Source of the DNA: a virus
Lineage: Duplodnaviria; Heunggongvirae; Uroviricota; Caudoviricetes
DNA length: 64,000 nt
Reading direction: 5' to 3' (one strand)
Virus record (IMG/VR): IMGVR_UViG_3300009419_001390
The translations under genes were made by a program, and so were the position numbers. Shown here piece by piece: positions 28,317 to 36,448 of the stretch (position 1 is the first letter of the stretch; the number at the start of each line of letters is the position of its first letter). Below the pieces are notes generated by a model. It was not told the origin of the DNA and ran no database searches. It saw only the letters and a program-made list of their open reading frames with translations.

Positions 28317-28823
28317 ATGTCAGCACTACAACCAGTGGTATACAAATACCAAAGCACCAAAGAGTATCATGACGCATTCCCATGCGCTTATCGTCAATGG
28401 AGGAGTGACAGTCATTGTAATCTAATACATGGCTACTCATTCTCAATGAAGTTCTATTTTGGAACCAATGACCTAGACGTTCGTAACTGGGCCGCAGACT
28501 ATGGCGGACTCAAAGAACTCAAGAAGATCCTGGAAGATCAATTTGATCACACCTTGATCGTAGCACAAGATGATCCAGAAATGGCCACATTCAAACTGCT
28601 ACAAGAAAAGAACATGGCCAAGATTGTGGTGTTACCACGACTAGGATGTGAAGGACTAAGTGACATGCTGTACAAGTATGTGAATGGTGTTTACATTCCG
28701 GACATGTGGGGTCCAAGCGAAGCCGCCCGTTTGTGGTGCTATCGTGTGGAAGTGCGTGAAACCCAAAGCAATATGGCTTTCCGCGAAGGTCATCGCGAAT
28801 GGAATGAAAACTTGCTTGACTAA
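28317..28823 (+). CDS. queD: 6-carboxy-5,6,7,8-tetrahydropterin synthase (QueD), copy 1
   Basis: SHCNLIHGY, DYGGLK, FDHTLIV, LGCEG, RETQSN. Confidence 0.9.
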   Translation: MSALQPVVYKYQSTKEYHDAFPCAYRQWRSDSHCNLIHGYSFSMKFYFGTNDLDVRNWAADYGGLKELKKILEDQFDHTLIVAQDDPEMATFKLLQEKNMAKIVVLPRLGCEGLSDMLYKYVNGVYIPDMWGPSEAARLWCYRVEVRETQSNMAFREGHREWNENLLD

Positions 28824-28844
28824 TACCTAGTTTAATGTTATACT
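28816..28844 (+). promoter_or_regulatory. sigma70-type promoter
   Basis: TTGACT-17-TATACT with TG extension. Confidence 0.7.
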
Positions 28845-28875
28845 ACATTACTTTCAACTACTCTTGGAGTTTTCA

Positions 28876-29421
28876 ATGTCACGTAGATTTAGCACAAAAA
28901 CTTATGGCAACGATCGAGGCCTAAGCTGTACCTTCCGTCAACATGCCGCAACGCATAGTCATTGCAGTCTGTTACATGGATACAGTTTAGGTTTCAAATT
29001 TGTATTCGAAGCAGAACAACTTGATGAACGTAATTGGGTACAAGACTTTGGCGGCCTAGACGAAGTCAAAGAGTTCCTTGAAAAAACATTTGACCATACC
29101 ATGATTGTTGCAGAAGATGACCCACTGCTCAAGCATTTTCAGAAGATGGCTGGGTGGAGTGCAATCAAAGACATGCACGGAAAAGCAGATGAAGTACAGG
29201 TACATCCTGTAGGCAACAAAGGTGTGGCAAAATTGGTAATGATGCCTGCTGTGGGTTGTGAAGCATTTGCTGAGTATGTGTATGCCTGGACTGCTGACTG
29301 GTTGCGCAATGATCCCACAAACAAGTATCAAAATTTACTGGGTGACGAGCATCCACGTGTTAAATTAATCTCTGTTGAAGTATTTGAACACGCAGGCAAT
29401 TCTGCAATCTACGAAGGGTAA
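28876..29421 (+). CDS. queD: QueD, copy 2
   Basis: SHCSLLHGY, DFGGL, FDHTMIV, VGCEA, FEHAGNSA. Confidence 0.9.
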   Translation: MSRRFSTKTYGNDRGLSCTFRQHAATHSHCSLLHGYSLGFKFVFEAEQLDERNWVQDFGGLDEVKEFLEKTFDHTMIVAEDDPLLKHFQKMAGWSAIKDMHGKADEVQVHPVGNKGVAKLVMMPAVGCEAFAEYVYAWTADWLRNDPTNKYQNLLGDEHPRVKLISVEVFEHAGNSAIYEG

Positions 29422-29422
29422 T

Positions 29423-29845
29423 ATGAGACAAGAAATCTTTGAAGATCTTCCAGAAACGATTGAAGAAAGTGAAGCACCTTGGACTGACAGCGTAAGGCAG
29501 GATTTCCATGTGGCAGTGTATCGCGACAGATATCCTGTCACAGACGGCCATCTGTTGTTTGTACCCAAGTACAATGCTGTGGGTGTGCTCAAGGATGCAT
29601 TTGAAGATGCATTCAATTACGGAAAAGAAAAGGTTGATGATGGCGAATGGGACGGTTTCAACATTGGACTTAATTACGGCCAGGCTGCTGGACAAACTGT
29701 GTCTTGGCCTCATATACATCTTATTCCCCGTAAAACGGGCGACGTCGCGGATCCTGTGGGCGGTGTACGACACACGATTCCGGGCAAGGGTAATTATAGA
29801 ACGGCGCCAGAGGGAACGTGGCCACATTTAGATGAGGGAAGATGA
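29423..29845 (+). CDS. HIT family hydrolase
   Basis: YPVTDGHLLFVPK, GFNIGLN.G.AAGQTV, HIHLIPR. Confidence 0.92.
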   Translation: MRQEIFEDLPETIEESEAPWTDSVRQDFHVAVYRDRYPVTDGHLLFVPKYNAVGVLKDAFEDAFNYGKEKVDDGEWDGFNIGLNYGQAAGQTVSWPHIHLIPRKTGDVADPVGGVRHTIPGKGNYRTAPEGTWPHLDEGR

Positions 29846-30708
29846 TAATAGTAACCGGTGACCGTGGCTTTATAGGAAGCGAATTAAAACAACATCTTGT
29901 GGAGCACGGCCACAAGGTACACAGTCTAGATTGGGCTGATAGAGGTCGGACCTGGACTGCTGAAGAACCCATTGAATGGATTTTTCACATGGGTGCCATC
30001 AGCGAAACCAATGTAACTGACTGGTCAGCTTTGGTCAAGAAGAATATTGAAGACACCCAAGCCTGGATCCGGTTTGCACAAGAACACAACTGTGGTATTA
30101 CCTACGCATCAAGTGCCAGTGTGTACGGGCCGTGGTCGGGTAGCCCAGAGTGGGGTCCATTCCAGCCACAGCACTACTACGGTGTGAGCAAGATTGCTAT
30201 TGACATGTGGTGTGCAGAACAAAAATTTACTGTGCCTGTACAAGGTGTGCGTTTCTTTAATGTATATGGACGCAACGAAGGTCACAAGAACCAGCCAAGT
30301 CCAGTCCGCAGATATATTGAGAATGCAATAACCACACGTAAACTTACAGTGTGGCACCACAACAATCGTCTGGGCTCACGAGATTTTATCAGCGTGGATG
30401 ACTGCATCAAGGGCATGCTGGCGCTGAAAGATGCAAGAGTGAGTGGCGTTTACAACCTAGGCACAGGCCAACAGCTGACATTTGAAGACATTGCCAAGCT
30501 GATTCAAAAGCATATGGGCATGGACAATGCTCAAGTATGCATTGCTCCCATGCCTGATCATATGATTGAAAAATATCAGTGGGAGAGTCTAGCGGACCTA
30601 AATAAGCTAAAGTCAGTTGTTCCAAATTGGAATCCACAAACGGTGGATGAATGGCTAGACGACAATTTTGAAACACTGTATAATAAAATCAAAGAGGAAA
30701 TACTATGA
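29842..30708 (+). CDS. ADP-L-glycero-D-manno-heptose 6-epimerase-like SDR
   Basis: TGDRGFIG, FHMGAIS.T, YASSASVYG, YGVSK, RFFNVYG..E.HK, RDFISVDD, YQ....ADL. Confidence 0.8.
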   Translation: MIIVTGDRGFIGSELKQHLVEHGHKVHSLDWADRGRTWTAEEPIEWIFHMGAISETNVTDWSALVKKNIEDTQAWIRFAQEHNCGITYASSASVYGPWSGSPEWGPFQPQHYYGVSKIAIDMWCAEQKFTVPVQGVRFFNVYGRNEGHKNQPSPVRRYIENAITTRKLTVWHHNNRLGSRDFISVDDCIKGMLALKDARVSGVYNLGTGQQLTFEDIAKLIQKHMGMDNAQVCIAPMPDHMIEKYQWESLADLNKLKSVVPNWNPQTVDEWLDDNFETLYNKIKEEIL

Positions 30709-31598
30709 AATTGAAAGTAAGCGAAATGTTCTACAGCCTGCAAGGCGAAGGCAGATACATAGGTGTGCCTAGCGTGTTCTTGCGTACATTTGGTTGTAAT
30801 TTTACCTGTGGTGGATTTGGCATGCCCAAGGGTGAAGTTAGTACAGAACGCGATGCCGTTGATGCAAGCAAATATTCTAAATTTGAACAATTACCATTGG
30901 TACATACTGGCTGTGACAGCTATGCCTCATGGGATCCCAAGTTCAAAGATCTTAGTCCCACAAAAGACATTGACACTATTGTAGACGAATTACTGGCTCT
31001 TACCCCTAATGGCAAATGGCAACAATACATTGGCAACCCTGTGCATCTGGTGATCACAGGCGGTGAGCCATTGTTGGGTTGGCAACGTGTGTATTCTGAA
31101 CTGTTAAGTCATCCAAGAATGATAGATCTTGATTATATTACATTTGAAACCAATGGCACTCAGATGTTGGATGAAAAGTTCAAAGACTATATTCAAGAAT
31201 GGCATACCGAATGGCGTGGCACCACCGAAGCCGACCATCAAGAGTACATTGGTCGTTTCCGTGAAATGCAATTTAGCATTAGTCCTAAACTGAGCAAGAG
31301 TGGCGAGAAGTGGGCTGATGCTATCTGTCCTGAAGTAATTGCTGATTATCAACATGTTGGTGTTACATATCTAAAATTTGTTGTTTCAGATTTTGAAGAC
31401 CTGATGGAAGTAAAAAGTGCGGTAGACGAATACCGTGCCGCAGGGTTTATGGGCCATGTGTATGTGATGCCAGTTGGTGGCACAACAGAACTGTATGATG
31501 TTAACAAAAAGCGCATTGCTGACGAAGCATTGAAACTTGGATATTACTACAGCCCGCGACTGCATGTGGACCTTTGGGGAAATGGCTGGGGCAAGTAA
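30705..31598 (+). CDS. queE: 7-carboxy-7-deazaguanine synthase (radical SAM)
   Basis: EMFYSLQGEG..G.PSVFLR..GCN..C, GCDS, ITGGEPL, ETNGT, SISPK, PRLHVDLW. Confidence 0.92.
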   Translation: MKLKVSEMFYSLQGEGRYIGVPSVFLRTFGCNFTCGGFGMPKGEVSTERDAVDASKYSKFEQLPLVHTGCDSYASWDPKFKDLSPTKDIDTIVDELLALTPNGKWQQYIGNPVHLVITGGEPLLGWQRVYSELLSHPRMIDLDYITFETNGTQMLDEKFKDYIQEWHTEWRGTTEADHQEYIGRFREMQFSISPKLSKSGEKWADAICPEVIADYQHVGVTYLKFVVSDFEDLMEVKSAVDEYRAAGFMGHVYVMPVGGTTELYDVNKKRIADEALKLGYYYSPRLHVDLWGNGWGK

Positions 31599-32008
31599 TG
31601 GTAACCAAAAAGACGCCTGCAAAAAAAGTTGTGGCCAAAAAAGCACCTGCTAAAAAAACCACAACTGCAAAAAAGTCTGTTGAACCAAAACTCAAAGTCA
31701 AAGCCACTGGACCAAAAGAGGCCGCTACCAAACGTGGCGAGCCTTATGTGTCTATTGTTAGCATTGAGTTGGACAAAGATGATGTGGGCAACGGTGCATT
31801 TGAACTAGACTGGAATGATGCTTTCTTGGCCAAATTGGTCAAGGCTGGTTACGAAGGTAAAACGGATGCAGACATTGTGGACCGTTGGTTCCAAACCATT
31901 TGCCGTAATGTCCTGCAGGAAAACTTTGAGCAGTGGGCCGCTAACCAAACTGATCCAAGAGTCATTAGCCGTAAAGACCTAGGTGACGGTAGAACCGAAG
32001 TATCATGA
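31598..32008 (+). CDS. hypothetical protein with Lys/Ala-rich N-terminus
   Basis: KKTPAKKVVAKKAPAKK; conserved-looking ELDWNDAF C-terminal domain. Confidence 0.7.
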   Translation: MVTKKTPAKKVVAKKAPAKKTTTAKKSVEPKLKVKATGPKEAATKRGEPYVSIVSIELDKDDVGNGAFELDWNDAFLAKLVKAGYEGKTDADIVDRWFQTICRNVLQENFEQWAANQTDPRVISRKDLGDGRTEVS

Positions 32009-32250
32009 AACCATTAGAAGCTCCTGCCACTCTAACAATCTACATGCTGTTGAATCAGAGTAGTACCAGCTTCTATTTCAATCCGGCTGCTGTGGCCGGT
32101 ATCACCTCTACCATGGGGTCTGGTTTCTTTGGCACCAGAGACGAAGCCGAAAAAGCTCGTACCCTTGCTATCCTTTCGGACAAATCCAACAACATATTCC
32201 ACGTGTTTGAGTTAGAAGTTCCTAATCCTGCATACCAAAAAACGGGCTAA
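32005..32250 (+). CDS. hypothetical protein
   Basis: 81-aa coupled ORF. Confidence 0.6.
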   Translation: MKPLEAPATLTIYMLLNQSSTSFYFNPAAVAGITSTMGSGFFGTRDEAEKARTLAILSDKSNNIFHVFELEVPNPAYQKTG

Positions 32251-32256
32251 CACCGC

Positions 32257-32285
32257 TTGACACAGAGATAAATATATGCTATTAT
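32257..32285 (+). promoter_or_regulatory. sigma70-type promoter with nested late core
   Basis: TTGACA-17-TATTAT; spacer contains ATAAATA. Confidence 0.7.
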
Positions 32286-32291
32286 ATCTCT

Positions 32292-33311
32292 ATGAACTAT
32301 CTAATTGTAGACACCGCTAATACATTCTTCCGTGCCCGCCATGCCGCGCACCGTGCAAGCTCGCTGGAGGAAAAAGTAGGCTTTGCTATTCACGTGACCC
32401 TTGCTAGTATCTACAAAGCCTGGCGCGATCAAAAGGCAGATCATGTTGTGATCTGCCTCGAAGGTCGTTCGTGGCGCAAGGATTTTTACAAACCCTACAA
32501 AGCCAATCGTGCTGTGGCACGTGCGGCACTGACAGAATCTCAACAAGAAGAAGACACAGCATTTTGGGAAGCCTTTGACGACCTTAAAACATTCTTTGTA
32601 GAAAAAAGCAACTGCACAGTTCTGCGTCACGAAAATCTAGAAGCAGATGATCTTGTGGCAGGTTGGATACAGAGCCATCCGCATGATCACCACACCATCG
32701 TAAGCTCAGACACAGACTTCTATCAGTTGCTGGCAGAAAATGTGAATCAGTACAATGGTATCAGCGATGAACTGCACACACTAAAAGGCATCCTGGACAA
32801 GAAAGGCAAGCTGGTTGTTGACAAGAAGACCAAGGAACCCAAAGTAATTCCTGATCCCAAGTGGATCCTGTTTGAGAAGTGCATGCGTGGCGACTCCACT
32901 GACAATGTGTTTTCAGCCTACCCAGGTGTGCGTACCAAAGGCTCTAGCAAGAAAGTTGGACTAGAGGAAGCATTTGCTGACATGGATCGTAAAGGCTACT
33001 CTTGGAACAATCTCATGCTTCAGCGTTGGGTTGATCACAATGGCGAAGAGCATCGTGTGCTGGATGACTACGAGCGCAATGTAATACTTGTGGATCTTCG
33101 AGCACAGCCTGAACATGTTAAAGGATTTATTGCAGAGACCATTGCCGAAGGCAGTGTGCCAAAAGACATTCCACAAGTTGGTGTGAAGTTCATGAAGTTT
33201 TGCGGCAAACATCAACTGGTCAAGATTGGCGAGCAAGCACAGAACTACGCAGAATTTTTAACAGCACCTTACCCTGAGGTAGAACAAGTAGCAAGGATTT
33301 TAAGAACATGA
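32292..33311 (+). CDS. rnh: T4 RNase H-like 5'-3' exonuclease/flap endonuclease
   Basis: LIVDTAN, WRK..Y..YKANR, EADD, SSDTDFYQL, GDSTDNV. Confidence 0.9.
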   Translation: MNYLIVDTANTFFRARHAAHRASSLEEKVGFAIHVTLASIYKAWRDQKADHVVICLEGRSWRKDFYKPYKANRAVARAALTESQQEEDTAFWEAFDDLKTFFVEKSNCTVLRHENLEADDLVAGWIQSHPHDHHTIVSSDTDFYQLLAENVNQYNGISDELHTLKGILDKKGKLVVDKKTKEPKVIPDPKWILFEKCMRGDSTDNVFSAYPGVRTKGSSKKVGLEEAFADMDRKGYSWNNLMLQRWVDHNGEEHRVLDDYERNVILVDLRAQPEHVKGFIAETIAEGSVPKDIPQVGVKFMKFCGKHQLVKIGEQAQNYAEFLTAPYPEVEQVARILRT

Positions 33312-33511
33312 GTAAAATGAAAAACCCTAAATTTTTTGATATTGCACTAGCAACAGGTGGATCACACTACCCTGGTGTGGGCGGTGAGCTGTTGGAAAAG
33401 TTTGCCACCGAATTGGTCAAGCAATGTGCAGAAATTGCACTACGTGAAGAACATGACCCTAGCGATTGTATCTTAAACCACTTTGGAGTATCACGTGAAC
33501 AAACCACTTAA
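33308..33511 (+). CDS. small hypothetical protein (EKFA.LIV.EC family)
   Basis: LEKFATELVKQCAEIA...ILNHFGV, paralogous to the 34001 and 34240 genes. Confidence 0.65.
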   Translation: MSKMKNPKFFDIALATGGSHYPGVGGELLEKFATELVKQCAEIALREEHDPSDCILNHFGVSREQTT

Positions 33512-33731
33512 AGTAGAATTTGCACCTGGTTGCTTTGACAATTTTGACGGCACTCAGGAAGAGCTGGATGGACTGATGGCAGAAATTCAAAGCACTTTTG
33601 CCAGCATGACGCCAGAGGAACTGGAACGTCAAAGTCGTTTGATTGACCTAGACGAAGCATTAGAAAACGATCCTGAACTGATTGCGGCCATGCAACAGAT
33701 TTCAGGCATGGACAAACGCACACTGCAATGA
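33495..33731 (+). CDS. hypothetical protein
   Basis: GTG start after GGAG; VEFAPGCFDNFDGTQEELD. Confidence 0.6.
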   Translation: MNKPLKVEFAPGCFDNFDGTQEELDGLMAEIQSTFASMTPEELERQSRLIDLDEALENDPELIAAMQQISGMDKRTLQ

Positions 33732-33955
33732 CATACACTGTACACAAAAGCATTGTTCGCACTATACAAGCAGGCGAGCCCGACTTTACCATTGTTGATG
33801 GCTTGGCTGTGTATCCTCGAGCTGAGATTGTGGTCATGCCAGGTGCTCCTGCTAATGTTGCCACAACACTGGACTGGGCAATCGCGCAGGGCTACATTAG
33901 ATGTGCAGCCAATGTCAAAGACTATGAACTAATGATGGATAGGTTATCAGCATGA
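33728..33955 (+). CDS. hypothetical protein
   Basis: 75-aa coupled ORF. Confidence 0.6.
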   Translation: MTYTVHKSIVRTIQAGEPDFTIVDGLAVYPRAEIVVMPGAPANVATTLDWAIAQGYIRCAANVKDYELMMDRLSA

Positions 33956-34000
33956 AGCCAAACACAAGGGAATGGCGAGTATGGATGTTGGAGATCTACT

Positions 34001-34243
34001 ATGAATGAACGAATTGCAGAACTGATGCGGAGTAAAGGTCTACACAAAAATATCAGTGAAGACTGTCAGCATCGCATGGAGATGTTAGCCGAGTTGATTG
34101 TTCTTAAATGTGCTGATATTATCAATCATCGTGCTGACACATGCAGTGATTGGTTAGATAGTGTCAAGGCAAATGAAGCAGTCCGTGAAGGACAAAGAGA
34201 GTGTGCTAAAACGATCAAAGAACATTTCGGAGTTGAAGAATGA
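34001..34243 (+). CDS. small hypothetical protein (MNERI family)
   Basis: MNERIAEL...ELIVLKCA...IKEHFGVEE. Confidence 0.7.
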   Translation: MNERIAELMRSKGLHKNISEDCQHRMEMLAELIVLKCADIINHRADTCSDWLDSVKANEAVREGQRECAKTIKEHFGVEE

Positions 34244-34479
34244 ACGAACGAATTCGAGAACTTTGGACACAGGCTGGAGGTCGCTATGATAGCGGCAATC
34301 AGCACGCTTGGCCCGAGTACACAATTGATGATCCAGAAAAGTTCGCCAAGTTGATTGTTCGAGAATGTATGGTGTGTTCTACTTGGGTTGGCAAGATGAA
34401 TACTAATAGTGTTGAACCAATACACACCGCTCACGCCGTCAATCAGCGTATCAAACAACAGTTTGGAATTGAAGCGTGA
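34240..34479 (+). CDS. small hypothetical protein (MNERI family)
   Basis: MNERIREL...EKFAKLIVREC...IKQQFGIEA. Confidence 0.7.
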   Translation: MNERIRELWTQAGGRYDSGNQHAWPEYTIDDPEKFAKLIVRECMVCSTWVGKMNTNSVEPIHTAHAVNQRIKQQFGIEA

Positions 34480-35009
34480 CTGATATAGCAAAAAGCCCAG
34501 ATCGTGGAACCTTCCAACGTGATGCTTATGTCGAACGCAAGAAAGAAGAAGGCAAGGAAGCCGATGATGCTTTCTTGGACATGATGCTGAACTGGCAAAC
34601 TCAAAAAGCCGAATACGAAGCCACAGAGGAATGGAAAGAAAACAATCTAGAATACGACTTGCGCAGTACTGATTGGATTGTGGCCAAAGCACGTGCCAAC
34701 GACGGATATGCGCAAAACATTTATGCAGCCATGTGCAACATACGTTGGCAAAAGCGTGAAGTATTGCCGGTCCTCAAAGATGAACACTGGTCATGTAGCT
34801 GGCGCTCTGCAGGCGGAATTGTGGCAGATATACTAGGCCAAGGCGACTATATTGATTGGTATTGCTCTGGCATGGGCGAAGGCCTAGGCAACGGTGACAT
34901 AACTGGCGCCAAAGGCTATGTATCAGAAGGCACAGTCACTCAAGAAATTGAAGATGACTTTTATAAACTAGGGTGGGTTCACTCAGAATGGCCAGAGGAT
35001 CAATTATGA
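34476..35009 (+). CDS. hypothetical protein
   Basis: 177-aa ORF, WSCSWRSAGGIVAD...YIDWYCSG. Confidence 0.75.
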   Translation: MTDIAKSPDRGTFQRDAYVERKKEEGKEADDAFLDMMLNWQTQKAEYEATEEWKENNLEYDLRSTDWIVAKARANDGYAQNIYAAMCNIRWQKREVLPVLKDEHWSCSWRSAGGIVADILGQGDYIDWYCSGMGEGLGNGDITGAKGYVSEGTVTQEIEDDFYKLGWVHSEWPEDQL

Positions 35010-35242
35010 GCAAGAAAGACAAAGCACAAGGCCTAACAATTCCTTGGGAAACAGCTGACCAAATCACACTTGAGAGTCTCAAGAATCATAGAGACTATCT
35101 AAAAAGTGAACTCAAACAGTGGCGCAAAAATCCCAAGACTGATACCAACCCTGGTGGCTATTGGTTGCACCCAGAAGACGTGGGCAAAAATGAAATACTG
35201 ATACATCACATGGATGCTATCATCGACTACTACGGAGGCTAA
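35006..35242 (+). CDS. hypothetical protein
   Basis: ATG overlaps the upstream stop; GAGG RBS. Confidence 0.65.
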   Translation: MSKKDKAQGLTIPWETADQITLESLKNHRDYLKSELKQWRKNPKTDTNPGGYWLHPEDVGKNEILIHHMDAIIDYYGG

Positions 35243-35243
35243 C

Positions 35244-35465
35244 ATGGCTACCAAATCCAACAAAAATTTCAAGATAGATTCTTTTGGCGCACCTGAAGAA
35301 AAGGTCATTCACTTGACCCGCAAGCAGATTGAACAAATGCATCAAATGATTGATCACTTCAAAGACGTAGATGATTTTCAACTGCGTATCAGTCATGAAA
35401 GCGGCATAGGTCCTAGCATACGTTTTACATTTGATCTTGATCTAACTGACGTGAGCAAGTGGTAA
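35244..35465 (+). CDS. hypothetical protein
   Basis: GGAGG RBS. Confidence 0.65.
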   Translation: MATKSNKNFKIDSFGAPEEKVIHLTRKQIEQMHQMIDHFKDVDDFQLRISHESGIGPSIRFTFDLDLTDVSKW

Positions 35466-35466
35466 T

Positions 35467-35985
35467 ATGAGACAAGAACTAGACAAACAGTTGTGCGAGA
35501 AGTATCCTGCTATGATGGTCAATCGCAACGGTGCAGTGACTGAGACCTGCATGTGTTGGGGCTTTGAGTGCGGCGACGGTTGGTACAATATCTTGAACCT
35601 GCTGATGAGCAATATCCAACATCACATTGACCATAACAACAAGAACTTTGAAAAAGGTTACAAGCAGTACAAACAAGTGCCGCAGGTGACCTTGGACCAA
35701 GTTAAGGAAAAGTTTGGCACCTTGCGTTTCTACTACACAGGCGGTGATGAATACATTCGCGGTCTGGTTAGCATGGCAGAAAGCATGAGTGCTGTCACTT
35801 GCGAAAGTTGTGGCAATCCAGGCGAGCAAACACGCGGCGGCTGGATTAAAACTATCTGCGAGCCATGTGAGGATAAACGTGCGGCAGAATATGCTAGACA
35901 AACCGCAGAGTACAAAACAAAAAAGGAAAATCAAAATGAAATCAAATATCAATTTATTGGAGAAGACACAGGACATCATGACTGA
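35467..35985 (+). CDS. conserved hypothetical phage protein (possible Zn ribbon)
   Basis: FECGDGW, QVKEKFGTLRFY, CESCG..G....GW.KT.C..C. Confidence 0.75.
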   Translation: MRQELDKQLCEKYPAMMVNRNGAVTETCMCWGFECGDGWYNILNLLMSNIQHHIDHNNKNFEKGYKQYKQVPQVTLDQVKEKFGTLRFYYTGGDEYIRGLVSMAESMSAVTCESCGNPGEQTRGGWIKTICEPCEDKRAAEYARQTAEYKTKKENQNEIKYQFIGEDTGHHD

Positions 35986-36448
35986 ACTCAAAGCTACCCC
36001 TGTTGTTAAGAACAAGTTTTGGATTGTGGAAAAAGACGGCGAAAAGGTTGCCAGTATCTTGGCCGCTGAAGACGGTGTGGTATTTGTCAAAGATGATCAA
36101 AGAGAAAAGTATCCATCCATTACCATGCTCAAGAGTCGTCACAACATTGAATTCCTACGCAACGGCAAAAAGGTATCGGCTGCTCCCAGCAATGAAGTAA
36201 ATGGTTTTCCTGCCAGTGGCAAGCCGCACAATCCCTTGTATGATGTTCGTAAAAAACTACCTATCTATACCAAGGACAGCAAAAGCAAGAGCTTTTATTG
36301 TGCAGGACATTATCTAGTTAGATTGAACAATCACTGGAGCAAGGTCTATTGCCCTAAGTTGATTACACTACAACGATATGAATTTATTGGTCCATTCAAG
36401 GATCCAGAAGAACAAGCACAGGCGCTAAGGCAAAAAAATGGATTATAA
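35978..36448 (+). CDS. hypothetical protein
   Basis: ATG 35978 overlaps the upstream gene; well-formed 156 aa. Confidence 0.7.
   Translation: MTELKATPVVKNKFWIVEKDGEKVASILAAEDGVVFVKDDQREKYPSITMLKSRHNIEFLRNGKKVSAAPSNEVNGFPASGKPHNPLYDVRKKLPIYTKDSKSKSFYCAGHYLVRLNNHWSKVYCPKLITLQRYEFIGPFKDPEEQAQALRQKNGL

Noticed and set aside
33952-34008. 18-codon mini-ORF bridging two genes
   Set aside because: It is too short to support and mainly contains the GGAG RBS of the 34001 gene, so it may be incidental.
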